Shown: positions 18,383-28,030, numbered from the stretch's first letter. The stretch: 64,000 nucleotides of DNA from SAR86 cluster bacterium (GCA_023703575.1 CP097969.1:651517-715516), one strand, 5' to 3'. Made by a program: numbers and translations. Notes: generated from the letters alone by a model not told the origin.

Positions 18383-19495
18383 TCAAGAATTCGGCTTTAT
18401 AAGATATTTGTCTCCTGTTGCTTGCTTTGTATATGAAAAAATATTTTCCGCCTTCAAGACTTCATTCAATGTAATAACATTGGAGTATTTACTTTCAAAA
18501 GTAGTATGAATTTCATCAGCAACCTTTCTGCGCAATTCACCAAACTTTTCTGGTCCAATTTTTCCTATAAAAGGAGTAAGTAACCAACCACCTAATCCCC
18601 AAGAGAAACCAAAAGAACGTGTAAGTGTAGTGGGATTTCTATCAAGTCCACCGTATATATAAACCTGTTTAAATTTATCTGATCCATATCTGCTATATTC
18701 AGTCGCAGTTTTATTTGCGGCAATTTCCATCGCAGTTAATATTTGGCTGGATAGTTTTCCACCTCCGGTCGCATCAAAACCTAGAGTAGATCCTGACTGA
18801 ACAAGAGCTTCCACAAGATCATCCATGAAACTATCCAAACTTGAATTGCAGACATAATTTGCACCTAGGGATTTGAGCAAATTTACATGCTCTTCTTTTC
18901 TAACTACATTCACCAAAGGTATATTTTCCGCTAAGCAAATTTTGATTAGCATTTGTCCTAGATTAGATGCTGCTGCTGTATGAACAAGGCCGGTATGATT
19001 TTCCATTCTCATAGTCTCTACCATTCCTAGAGCAGTCAATGGATTAACAAAACAAGATGCAGCTTGTTCTGCCGTAGTCCCATCATGCATCACCAAGCAA
19101 CTTGATGCTGGCACACATCTATATTCAGAATACATTGCGCCCCCAGCTAGACCTACAGTTTTGCCTATCAAATGTTCTGCCCCTTTACCTGCAGATTCAA
19201 CTATTCCAGAACCTTCGTTACCAACAGGCAAGTTTTGATCAAATCTTGCTGCAACAGATCTAATTAATCCATCTGGAACTTTCATTTCTACGACTGAACC
19301 TTTTTCAACTTCTTTGAGTGAAGAAACATCTGCTGGTCCAACTAAGAGTCCCAGATCCGATGGATTTATTGGTGTTGCTTGAACCTTAATCAGTACCTCA
19401 CCATCACCGGGATCGGGTACATTTACTTCATCTAAAGATATAGTGAGTAAACCTTCCTTGGAGATTTTAGACTTGATTTGCTTTGATACTGTCAT
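18383..19495 (-). CDS. Medium-chain dehydrogenase/reductase (quinone-oxidoreductase/zinc-ADH superfamily)
   Basis: 370 aa. GroES-like N-terminus (GEVLIKV.ATPINPSD) and a Rossmann region (AAASNLGQ). Confidence 0.7.
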   Translation of the reverse strand: MTVSKQIKSKISKEGLLTISLDEVNVPDPGDGEVLIKVQATPINPSDLGLLVGPADVSSLKEVEKGSVVEMKVPDGLIRSVAARFDQNLPVGNEGSGIVESAGKGAEHLIGKTVGLAGGAMYSEYRCVPASSCLVMHDGTTAEQAASCFVNPLTALGMVETMRMENHTGLVHTAAASNLGQMLIKICLAENIPLVNVVRKEEHVNLLKSLGANYVCNSSLDSFMDDLVEALVQSGSTLGFDATGGGKLSSQILTAMEIAANKTATEYSRYGSDKFKQVYIYGGLDRNPTTLTRSFGFSWGLGGWLLTPFIGKIGPEKFGELRRKVADEIHTTFESKYSNVITLNEVLKAENIFSYTKQATGDKYLIKPNS

Positions 19496-19502
19496 GATTC
19501 AT

Positions 19503-20180
19503 TTAATTAAGACTTGTAACTTGATAGCTTTCAACTAATTTTCCATATTTCTCTTCATCAAACCATTCCATTTGTTTTTCTTGCCATTCGGTATCACTCT
19601 CCAAAGATGAAAGAGACTTTGCTTGAGCTTCTTCTGAAGTTGATAACATAACAAATTGGAAATAATTTTTGCTACCCAATCCATGCTGCCATAGATCAAT
19701 TAGAAAGCCATGTTTTTCGAATATAGTTTTTGCCTCTTCTAAAGCCTCTAATGTTTCAGCTGCTTTACCTTTCTTTGGATCCCATACCCAAACCTGAACT
19801 ATGTAATCTCCTGGATCAATATCATCTAATGAAGTCATTTGGTAACTTCTTACAGGTTCAAGGATGTCTTGACTGTTAAATTTTTCTAGATAGGGCGTCC
19901 AAGCTTCAGCAGTATATGCTTTTGCTCTATCTTCATATGTGTTGAAGAAGTCAACCCATAAGAACATTTTTTCTGCTCCTCTACCAATATTTTGTTGATG
20001 CACAATTACCAGTTGGTCATTAGCAAGACCAATATCTCTTCCTTCTCTCATCAATTCTGCAGCTTCGGTTAATTTACCGGGTTTGGCTTTATAGAAATAA
20101 GCATCAGCATAACCAGCAGAATATGCCGTTGAAAGAAAACCTATGCATAAAACTGCAACATAATATTTTAGTGATTTCAT
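19503..20180 (-). CDS. Exported protein with two tandem alpha+beta (ABM/Dabb/NIPSNAP-like) modules
   Basis: 225 aa with a signal peptide. The two halves of about 100 aa end in SYQMTSL and SYQVTSL, an internal duplication visible by eye. Confidence 0.5.
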   Translation of the reverse strand: MKSLKYYVAVLCIGFLSTAYSAGYADAYFYKAKPGKLTEAAELMREGRDIGLANDQLVIVHQQNIGRGAEKMFLWVDFFNTYEDRAKAYTAEAWTPYLEKFNSQDILEPVRSYQMTSLDDIDPGDYIVQVWVWDPKKGKAAETLEALEEAKTIFEKHGFLIDLWQHGLGSKNYFQFVMLSTSEEAQAKSLSSLESDTEWQEKQMEWFDEEKYGKLVESYQVTSLN

Positions 20181-20298
20181 AAAAACTCCAATTTCTTTAA
20201 GTTTATAAGATAACAGACAATAGTGCCTTCATGTAGTTTTTTAAAAATCTTCTTTACACATGGCAACAAAAGAGTAGGGTAACTCAAGGAGTAGATTT

Positions 20299-20661
20299 AT
20301 GAAAAAAATATTAACAATTCTAGCTTTATCATTACCGCTCACAATCTTTTCATCTACATTAGTGATTCTTGAATGTGAATTAATAGATGATGGAACAATA
20401 GAAGACGTGAAAAGAATTAATTCAGCATGGGTTAAGAGTGTAAATGAACTGAATGATAAACAAGTAAGTAGTCAAGTTTTGGAGGCAGTGTTGTCAGATA
20501 ATATGGAAGGTTTTATATATATAGATACTTATGAAGATTCCATACATTGGGGACAAATTAGATATGAAATTAAAAATGGCACTATCCAAGATATCGATGA
20601 ACAATTTGATGCAGTTTCTAAGTGTACCGCAGGTAAAATGTATGACGCTGAACAAAGTTGA
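20299..20661 (+). CDS. Exported single-module paralogue of the 19503-20180 protein
   Basis: 120 aa with a signal peptide. GFIYIDTYEDSIHWG resembles MFLWVDFFNTYEDRAKAY in the neighbour. Confidence 0.45.
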   Translation: MKKILTILALSLPLTIFSSTLVILECELIDDGTIEDVKRINSAWVKSVNELNDKQVSSQVLEAVLSDNMEGFIYIDTYEDSIHWGQIRYEIKNGTIQDIDEQFDAVSKCTAGKMYDAEQS

Positions 20662-20740
20662 TCATTCAGCTCATAACAGACATTAACAGGTTCATATGTA
20701 GAATACATTTATAGATTTTATGTATAATGCAGGGCCTTTT

Positions 20741-20816
20741 GCGGGTATCGTATAATGGCTTATTACCTCAGCCTTCCAAGCTGATGATGTCGGTTCGATT
20801 CCGACTACCCGCTCCA
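20741..20816 (+). tRNA. tRNA-Gly (anticodon TCC)
   Basis: Acceptor GCGGGTA pairs with TACCCGC, followed by T-CCA. Anticodon loop CTTCCAA, and T-arm GTCGG-TTCGATT-CCGAC. Confidence 0.9.
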
Positions 20817-20833
20817 ACTAAAAGTTTTATTAG

Positions 20834-21082
20834 ATGATAGTAACAATAGATATAAGTATGTATCCAAATAGGGAGGAATTTGTTGAACCAATAAAAGGTT
20901 TTATTGAAATTATAAATACTTTCCCAGAAATTAAGATAAAGACTTTTCCAACCAGCACCGTCATCCAAGGAGAATATGCCTACACAATGAAAGCTGCGCA
21001 AGAAGCAATATCTGAGGCTCACGTTAAATACGACAAAGCCATTTATGTAATGAAAATAATACCCGACTACGAAGCCTTATAA
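20834..21082 (+). CDS. MTH1187/YkoF-like (UPF0045) small ligand-binding protein
   Basis: 82 aa. The pattern V.IS..P.......V...I..I.......K..PT.T.I.G fits the family profile. Confidence 0.5.
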   Translation: MIVTIDISMYPNREEFVEPIKGFIEIINTFPEIKIKTFPTSTVIQGEYAYTMKAAQEAISEAHVKYDKAIYVMKIIPDYEAL

Positions 21083-21104
21083 AATTTCTTTGCTCTGTGT
21101 TCCT

Positions 21105-21524
21105 CTAGTTAGTGACTCGTTTAGGCTGAGTATTCCAAATATAGACTAAAGAGTAGAACCAAAATCCATTGAGTAAAGGTTCTATAATAGCATCCAGTAC
21201 TGCTTTATCTAGAGCGAAACCAAGTAAGAAGAAACTCCAAGATGTCGCGATAAGAAAATGTCCTATTGTATAGATTACGGCCAATGTGCCTGTCTTTAGT
21301 TTTTTGTGCGCGTATTTGTGAAGCAGATAGAACCAAAACCCATTGATGATTGGCTCTAAGATTGCGTCAGCAGATGCAATTAGAAAGCTAGCACTGAATA
21401 TTAAAGTAGCACAAGCCCAGGCTATGAAAACATGCCCCACTGTGTAGAGTATTGAGAGCCCAAAGCTACTCAGAGAGTGGATCAGTGAGTTGATCCTACT
21501 TATTTCAACTAGAAATTTGTTCAA
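21105..21524 (-). CDS. Small membrane protein built from an internal tandem duplication
   Basis: 139 aa. ILYTVGHVFIA...ILEPIINGFWFYLLHKY is repeated as VIYTIGHFLIA...IIEPLLNGFWFYSLVYI. Possibly DUF2061-like, but this is uncertain. Confidence 0.5.
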   Translation of the reverse strand: MNKFLVEISRINSLIHSLSSFGLSILYTVGHVFIAWACATLIFSASFLIASADAILEPIINGFWFYLLHKYAHKKLKTGTLAVIYTIGHFLIATSWSFFLLGFALDKAVLDAIIEPLLNGFWFYSLVYIWNTQPKRVTN

Positions 21525-21623
21525 TTGTTTATCTTCAAGATTATTTGTAATTAGCTATAAATTATACTTATATTACTTTAAAAAGAATGAAAAAATTTCA
21601 TTAAATAACTCATTTATCGGTGT

Positions 21624-22298
21624 TTACATTATCTGATTCCACAATTCGAGTTCTTCGATTCTAAGATAACTGTTTATTTCTTTAACTTTTTCTAAAGTTT
21701 CAGATTCTTTGGGACCATAATTGTGTCCAGGGTAGATGATAGTCTCGTCAGGAAGTTTAGACAGTTTGCGGAGGCTATGGAACATATCTTCAGAATTTGC
21801 TCCAGGTAAATCAACCCTGCCACATCCTTGAACAAAAAGTGTATCTCCAGATATAAGACTGTTATTGACTTTGAAGCACTGAGAGCCCGGTGTATGTCCT
21901 GGAGTATGAATAAACTCTATGTCATTATCTCCAATCTTCAAATGATCCCCGGAATCTACTATGTTCATATCTATATCAGATAAACCAGTAACTTTTTTGA
22001 GGCCTTCAGCCTCGTGTTTGTTGACGAAAGTTTTTACAGATTCTTTTTCTAATACTTCAGCCAGACCCTCAATTGAGTGACCTCCCATACTTCCACCAAC
22101 GTGATCTGGATGATAATGAGTTACCAAAACGCATGAAAGTTTGAGATCTCTTGCTTGAATATGATTTAGTAAACCTTCTACATCCCAAGCAGGATCAATT
22201 AAGGCTACTTCTCTAGTTCTTTTTGATCCAATCAAATAGATAAAATTTTCCATCGGACCGACAAGTATTTGTTCGAGATATAAATCATCATTAATCAT
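21624..22298 (-). CDS. MBL-fold metallo-hydrolase (glyoxalase II / persulfide dioxygenase-like)
   Basis: THYHPDH metal motif and HTPGHTPGS. Start moved to the ATG at 22298, preceded by GGAGAAAG. The track start at 22328 is a TTG inside the upstream gene. Confidence 0.8.
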   Translation of the reverse strand: MINDDLYLEQILVGPMENFIYLIGSKRTREVALIDPAWDVEGLLNHIQARDLKLSCVLVTHYHPDHVGGSMGGHSIEGLAEVLEKESVKTFVNKHEAEGLKKVTGLSDIDMNIVDSGDHLKIGDNDIEFIHTPGHTPGSQCFKVNNSLISGDTLFVQGCGRVDLPGANSEDMFHSLRKLSKLPDETIIYPGHNYGPKESETLEKVKEINSYLRIEELELWNQIM

Positions 22299-22299
22299 A

Positions 22300-23580
22300 T
22301 TAACTTTCTCCTTTAAAAGTTTCTTCAAGGACTATCTTATCCTCTTTGTACTTTATTCCTGCTAGATAATAACAAGGAATAGATACAATACTGATGATTG
22401 AGAAAATTACCAGCATTAATGTATAGGGTTCTAAGTAACCGGAAGACCTTAGAATATCAGCGCATAATCCTCCTCCTAAAGAGCCAATGGTTAAGCCAAT
22501 TAAATTTAGTGTAAGGATATAAAATGACACGACTGTTGCTTTGATGTTATCAGGAACTAGTTCCTGTACGGTGGAAAAGGTAGGTCCGAAGAAACATCCT
22601 AGTTGAAAGTAACCAATTATGATTCCAATCCAAAATACTATAGTTCCAGGCTCAACAAATCTGTAGAAAATACCAATAGGTAAAGTTAATAGTGCAAGCC
22701 AGAATAAAAACATAGGTCGTCCTTGGTTAGTATTTTCTTGCCACCAATCACTTAATAATCCACCTATCAAATTTCCTGATAAACCTGCGAACACACCTAT
22801 CCACCCAACAAGCTGAGCTATTTCAGATCTTTCATATCCTCTTTCCTGAACTAACCAAAGTTGTTCAAAACCTGAAGCTCCAAGCACTATATGATAAAAA
22901 ACACCTGCTACTATTGTGAACCTTAATGCAGATGAAGTTTTAAGAGCCTTTATTAATGTCTTTACTATATTTGCAGTACTTTCCTTTGATAAAGTAGGGC
23001 CCTTATTATTTGGAGTATTATTTTGTCTTTTTCTATCTTTAAAAAGAAGTGCACAGAGACCTAATATGAGTCCAATGCCACCTAACAGATAAAAACAATT
23101 TCTCCATCCTAAGGATTCACCTAGATAACCAGCAATTAAAAGACTTACCCCTACACCAATTGGGACACCCATATAATAAAATCCTGCAGCAAAACCCATT
23201 TTTTTTGATGGAAATGAGTCTGATAAAAGAGACATAGATGTTGGAGTTAGAATTGACTCACCCACACCAATAAACATTCTTGGAATTGCCATTGATATAA
23301 AGCCTTTAGCCACACCTGTGAGGGCAGTAAAAATACTCCATAAAACTACTCCAAATGCTATGAGTTTTGGTCTATTCACCATATCTGCAAGAACGCCCAT
23401 AAACAGACCTGCAATAGAATAAAAAACAATAAAAGGAACAGTTGTTAAGAATCCGTATTGAGTATCTGTGAGGCCCAAGTCAGGGACAATAAAGTTAGCA
23501 AAGCTAGCTATAAGTTGACGATCTACAAAATTAAGAAGATTGAGAAGTGTTAGGAAGAATAAAAGCCTATATGCGTTCAT
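22300..23580 (-). CDS. Major facilitator superfamily transporter
   Basis: 426 aa with 12 hydrophobic helices and the MFS loop motif D.VNRPK between TM2 and TM3. Confidence 0.8.
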   Translation of the reverse strand: MNAYRLLFFLTLLNLLNFVDRQLIASFANFIVPDLGLTDTQYGFLTTVPFIVFYSIAGLFMGVLADMVNRPKLIAFGVVLWSIFTALTGVAKGFISMAIPRMFIGVGESILTPTSMSLLSDSFPSKKMGFAAGFYYMGVPIGVGVSLLIAGYLGESLGWRNCFYLLGGIGLILGLCALLFKDRKRQNNTPNNKGPTLSKESTANIVKTLIKALKTSSALRFTIVAGVFYHIVLGASGFEQLWLVQERGYERSEIAQLVGWIGVFAGLSGNLIGGLLSDWWQENTNQGRPMFLFWLALLTLPIGIFYRFVEPGTIVFWIGIIIGYFQLGCFFGPTFSTVQELVPDNIKATVVSFYILTLNLIGLTIGSLGGGLCADILRSSGYLEPYTLMLVIFSIISIVSIPCYYLAGIKYKEDKIVLEETFKGES

Positions 23581-23686
23581 AGGAACCCTTTTTACTAAAG
23601 ATCATATCATAGAGATTACATATAATAATATTTGAAAAGGTCTAATTCTAAGTGTTATAGTTGAGCAACACACTCGGGGTACTTGA

Positions 23687-24277
23687 ATGAAAATAAAAAG
23701 AGATTGGTCAAATTCAGATATGAGGTCAGTAATGCGCGGAGAGGCTATGCATTATTTTTCAGGTGGTCAACATTATTATGTTTCAAAGGATTGGTACGTC
23801 TGGTTTCTTGGCAACTCAACAAGATATTCTATTTTTCATACCTTTCTTTGGAAATACGGAAATGGCGAAATGGTAAGTTATACAGATTTAACTAGAACGG
23901 AAAAGATAGGATCTCAAAGATTAAAAATAGACTCTATCAAAGCTACAATAAGAGAGGGCTTAAATCTAGGTTATATACAAGCATTTAAATCTGAAAAGGA
24001 CAGAAGGGTAACTATGTATTCTTTCGATGAATCTATCTTACAAGAAGTAACAGATTATTGTTTTATGATGAGACGGAATCGCATGTGGGAGTTGGCATCA
24101 TTTATCAGCCAAGGATCTACAGCAACTATTAATAAAGAACTTGCTAATGCAGGAATGAAGAAAGAGTGGTTTGATTCAATAAATAGCTTCATTTCTCTTT
24201 TAGCTGGAACAGCTAAAGCTGTTTTTGGCCAGGAACAGTTTCCTAATGTAATTGCAATAGATAAAAATAAAAGCTAA
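23687..24277 (+). CDS. Hypothetical protein, possible winged-helix DNA-binding domain in the centre
   Basis: 196 aa. The segment ISYTDLTRTEKIGSQRLKIDSIKATIREGLNLGYIQAFKSEKDRRVTMYSF looks like a MarR/wHTH recognition helix plus wing. Divergent from the MFS gene. Confidence 0.35.
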   Translation: MKIKRDWSNSDMRSVMRGEAMHYFSGGQHYYVSKDWYVWFLGNSTRYSIFHTFLWKYGNGEMVSYTDLTRTEKIGSQRLKIDSIKATIREGLNLGYIQAFKSEKDRRVTMYSFDESILQEVTDYCFMMRRNRMWELASFISQGSTATINKELANAGMKKEWFDSINSFISLLAGTAKAVFGQEQFPNVIAIDKNKS

Positions 24278-24434
24278 GAAATTAGCTGTAACTTTTAGTC
24301 TTTATTAATCTTGTACTTGTTCAAATTTTCTATAAATTGTTCCACTAATTGGTACAGTTTGAGTGGGCTCATTCTATAGATTTCACCCATCCCTTCCCAG
24401 GATATAGTCTTTATCTTGAGCCCGCTTTCTAAAA

Positions 24435-25232
24435 TTAAGAATTCTCATTGAACATTGCCGTTCTACCGCCATCAACTACGATATCTTGGCAACTGACAAA
24501 ACTACCTGCATCACTAGCTAGATAGAGTGCAGCTTCTGCTATATCTGATACTAGACCTGATCTTTTTAATGGTACTGCTTGAGCAAGATTACCTTCAAGT
24601 TTCTTTAATTTTCTTTCATTTTCTTCAGCACTGAGTGTATTAGATACTCCTGAGCCACCCCAGAAGATTGGTGTCGCAATAGCTCCTGGTGATATAGCAT
24701 TTACTCTTATATTATCTTTTCCAAGTTCAACTCCAGACATTTTTGTGAAATGAGTAACACCTGCCTTTAAAGCAGAATATAAAGGATCCCCTTGTCTATA
24801 TCTAATTCCTGCAATGCTTGAATTATTGATAATGCAACCTCCACCATTTTCCCTCATTGGACCAATGGCATATTTGGTGCCAAGAATGACACTAGCTAGA
24901 AGTAAATGAACCCCATAATCAATATCCTTTTGAGTCACATTCTCGAGGCCAGCTCCAACTGGCCCACCGGCATTATTAAAAAGAATATCCAACTTACCTA
25001 AGTTTTCAGTTGTAAAAGAAATTGCCTTTTTAATATCTTCTTCTTTTGTAACATCTGATAAGCAATAATAGGCATTTTCACCCAATTCTTTTGCTAATTT
25101 AGATCCTTTTTCTTCAGACCTACCTGAAATAATAACTTGTGCACCTTCTTCAATAAATAATCTAGCTGTCTCTGCTCCAATGCCACTGGTTCCGCCTGTA
25201 ATAAGTGCTACTTTATTCTCTAGTCGAGCCAT
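24435..25232 (-). CDS. Short-chain dehydrogenase/reductase
   Basis: TGGTSGIG, NNAG, and Y-x3-K (YSALK). Confidence 0.85.
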   Translation of the reverse strand: MARLENKVALITGGTSGIGAETARLFIEEGAQVIISGRSEEKGSKLAKELGENAYYCLSDVTKEEDIKKAISFTTENLGKLDILFNNAGGPVGAGLENVTQKDIDYGVHLLLASVILGTKYAIGPMRENGGGCIINNSSIAGIRYRQGDPLYSALKAGVTHFTKMSGVELGKDNIRVNAISPGAIATPIFWGGSGVSNTLSAEENERKLKKLEGNLAQAVPLKRSGLVSDIAEAALYLASDAGSFVSCQDIVVDGGRTAMFNENS

Positions 25233-25233
25233 A

Positions 25234-26361
25234 TTAATTTCCTCCTTTTAAACATCTATATGTTTCGTTTATGAGTTCTAGCGATCTTCCATCGGCTGCA
25301 AAATTATTTTTCATGTTATTCATGACATAAGAAATACCAATTTTGTTGATAGAATCTCCAAATCCACATGAACCTCCCCATCCGGAATGACCAAAAGAGC
25401 TTTCCTCTGGACCATATATTACTTTATGCATATTCATAATAAATCCTGAACCCCATCTTGTAACAACATCTAAAACTAAATCCCTATTGGTAATTCTTTC
25501 CTTTGTCATAGTATCGATTGTTAAATCTTCAAGAATTTTTTTTGATTCTTCATCAGTAACAACTAGGCTATAAAGCTTAGCAATACCCGAAGCGCAACCT
25601 TGACCATTGGCCGATGGTATTTCTGCAGATCTCCATGCTCTTGTATTTTGATGTTTAAGCAAATTAGGACCTCTTCCAGTTGCAATTTGAGCTTCATTCG
25701 GATGATTATTTGATTCATTACTCTCCTTTGCGAATGGAACCATTTCTGCGACTCTATATTCCTCTTCTTCAGGAAGACCGATATAGAAGTCAATATTGTT
25801 TGGATCGCCTATCTCACTTCTAAAATATTTGCCTAGAGATTTTCCGGAGACTCTTAAAATTAATTCAGACGTTAGCCAGCCGTAAGTCATGGAATGATAT
25901 CCTGAAGCTGTTCCTGGCTCCCAAAGTGGTTTCATTAAAGCAAGTTCATTAGCCATTTTTTTTTGGTCGTAGTAGTCTTCGGCTTTTGTTGCCATAGAGC
26001 CACAAATACCGGCTTGATGAGAGAGAAGCATACCTACAGTAATTTCTTCCTTTCCGTTGCAGCCAAACTCGGGCCAGTATTCACAAACTTTCGCATCGTA
26101 GTCAATTAAGTTATTTTCGTAGGCATGAGCTAGAGTTATAGCAGCTACACCTTTAGTGGTTGACCATACGTTAGCTAAGGTATTTTGTTCCCATTCCTTT
26201 GTTTTCTCTTTGTTTGAGAAACCTCCCCATATATCAATTAGTGGCTCCCCATCTTTATAAACTGCAAAAGAAGATCCTATCTCTCTGTCTGTGTTATGTA
26301 AGTCATCAAACAATTCTTTTACTTTTAAAAATTTACCTTCACAAGTTCCCTTAACGTCCAT
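25234..26361 (-). CDS. Serine hydrolase of the beta-lactamase/esterase (class C-like, EstB-type) family
   Basis: 375 aa with an S-x-x-K nucleophile motif (WSTTKG), a downstream Tyr motif region, and HSGWGG near the C-terminus. Confidence 0.75.
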   Translation of the reverse strand: MDVKGTCEGKFLKVKELFDDLHNTDREIGSSFAVYKDGEPLIDIWGGFSNKEKTKEWEQNTLANVWSTTKGVAAITLAHAYENNLIDYDAKVCEYWPEFGCNGKEEITVGMLLSHQAGICGSMATKAEDYYDQKKMANELALMKPLWEPGTASGYHSMTYGWLTSELILRVSGKSLGKYFRSEIGDPNNIDFYIGLPEEEEYRVAEMVPFAKESNESNNHPNEAQIATGRGPNLLKHQNTRAWRSAEIPSANGQGCASGIAKLYSLVVTDEESKKILEDLTIDTMTKERITNRDLVLDVVTRWGSGFIMNMHKVIYGPEESSFGHSGWGGSCGFGDSINKIGISYVMNNMKNNFAADGRSLELINETYRCLKGGN

Positions 26362-26389
26362 TTCTCTCCTTTTTTTTAAAAAAAATATG

Positions 26390-28030
26390 TTACAGAATTT
26401 TCTTAAATTCTAAAATTTTATCTAAATCCTTTCTATCATTTCGTATATCTGAAATTATAATAAAACCATATCTATTAAACTCTATTTGATCTTTTTTGAT
26501 CTTTATATTCGATGAAATATTACTATCAACACTTAGGTCACCTTTATCTATGAGGTAAGTATTTTCACTTAAATTAAATATACAAAGTGTTTTTGTATCT
26601 TGAGTCTCTCTATTAAATACAAGTAAGTCCTCGTGTTCATTTAAGAAATTATGCTTTCCTGCTAATAAAGCTGAGTCAGATTTTCTGAAAAAAATAAATT
26701 GTTTATAAAAATTTAAGATTGAATTCGATTCATTTTCCTGAAGACTTACCGATCTATTTTTCTGTTTTTCTTTTACTGGTAACCATGGAGATTTATTACT
26801 AAAACCTGCATTGATTTTTTGGTGATCCCATGTCATCGGTGTTCTGCACCCATCCCTACCTTTATTTTTTGGCCAAAATCTGATTCCTGGAGGGTCAGTT
26901 AATTCATCAAATTCTAATTCTGTCTCCACCTGACCGAGTTCCTCACCTTGATATAAACATGGAGTACCCGGCAGTGAAAGGAGTAAGGCGCAACTTAGCT
27001 TTGCAAAACTATCACTTTCATTTTTATCCCATCTTGAAAGATGTCTTGTAACGTCGTGATTTGAAAAACTCCAACAAGGCCAACTATCATAACCCTCACT
27101 ATAAAATTCTTTGATGGTGTCTCTAAAGAATTTAGCTGAAAACTCTTTACCAAGAAGCTTAAAACTATAAGCCATATGAATCCTTGACTTTTTGGTATAT
27201 TCCTTCATCAATTTGATCGCTCTATGTGAATCGCCAATCTCACCAATAGAAGCTTTCTCAGGATAACAATTTAATAAATTTCTAAATTTATTTAAAAATA
27301 CTAAGTTCTCATCTTGATTGATAGCAAACAATTGATTTTGCATATAGTAAGGATTAACCGGAGGACTTTTGAAAGATAAAGGACTCTTCGGATTATTCCT
27401 CAATTTCTTATCATGGAAGTAATAATTAACTGTATCAAGCCTAAAACCATCTACACCTTTTTTTAGCCAAAATTCAACTTCTCCTAATAAGAAATCTTGA
27501 ACCTCTTCATTGTGAAAATTAAAGTCAGGTTGGCTAGACAGGAAGTTATGAAGATAGTACTGTCCTCTAAGAGGTTCCCATTCCCATGCAGAGCCACCAA
27601 AGACAGATAACCAATTATTAGGTGGAGATCCGTCCTCATTAGCATCAGCCCATACATACCAGTCTGATTTTCTCGAAGATTTACTGCTTTTACTATCTAT
27701 AAAAGCTTCATGCTTGTCTGAGCTATGTGAAAGAACTTGGTCAATGATGACTCTTATATTTTTTTTATGTGCCTCTTCAAGTAATTCATCAAAGTCATCC
27801 ATATCACCAAACAAAGGGTCTACTTGAACATAGTTACTGACGTCATATCCCATATCCTTCATAGGTGACATAAAAAAAGGTGATAGCCAGATAGCATCGA
27901 TACCTAGACTCGAAATATAATTAATTTTTTTTGTTATGCCTTTAAGGTCACCGACCCCATTATTAGAAGTGTCTAAATATGACCTAGGATAAATTTGATA
28001 GATAATTGCGTTTTTCCACCATTCATTCAT
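26390..28030 (-). CDS. GH13 alpha-glucosidase / oligo-1,6-glucosidase-type enzyme
   Basis: 546 aa. IYQIYPRSY, GIDAIWLSPF, VIIDQVLSHSS, GFRLDTV, GEIG and FSNHD conserved regions of the alpha-amylase family. Confidence 0.85.
   Translation of the reverse strand: MNEWWKNAIIYQIYPRSYLDTSNNGVGDLKGITKKINYISSLGIDAIWLSPFFMSPMKDMGYDVSNYVQVDPLFGDMDDFDELLEEAHKKNIRVIIDQVLSHSSDKHEAFIDSKSSKSSRKSDWYVWADANEDGSPPNNWLSVFGGSAWEWEPLRGQYYLHNFLSSQPDFNFHNEEVQDFLLGEVEFWLKKGVDGFRLDTVNYYFHDKKLRNNPKSPLSFKSPPVNPYYMQNQLFAINQDENLVFLNKFRNLLNCYPEKASIGEIGDSHRAIKLMKEYTKKSRIHMAYSFKLLGKEFSAKFFRDTIKEFYSEGYDSWPCWSFSNHDVTRHLSRWDKNESDSFAKLSCALLLSLPGTPCLYQGEELGQVETELEFDELTDPPGIRFWPKNKGRDGCRTPMTWDHQKINAGFSNKSPWLPVKEKQKNRSVSLQENESNSILNFYKQFIFFRKSDSALLAGKHNFLNEHEDLLVFNRETQDTKTLCIFNLSENTYLIDKGDLSVDSNISSNIKIKKDQIEFNRYGFIIISDIRNDRKDLDKILEFKKIL

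Noticed and set aside
24295-24390. A 31-codon minus-strand ORF (MGEIYRMSPLKLYQLVEQFIENLNKYKINKD) in the 157-nt gap downstream of the SDR gene at 24435-25232.
   Set aside because: GGGAAGGG sits immediately against the ATG, which is too close for a normal SD. There is no recognisable family, and the ORF is easily produced by chance in AT-rich sequence. It is only worth revisiting if ribosome profiling or conservation data exist.
26370-26385. A perfect T8A8 palindrome between the GH13 gene and the serine-hydrolase gene.
   Set aside because: It is pure A/T with no stable hairpin. It lies next to the esterase SD and is most simply an AT-rich spacer. No repeat of it occurs elsewhere in the window.
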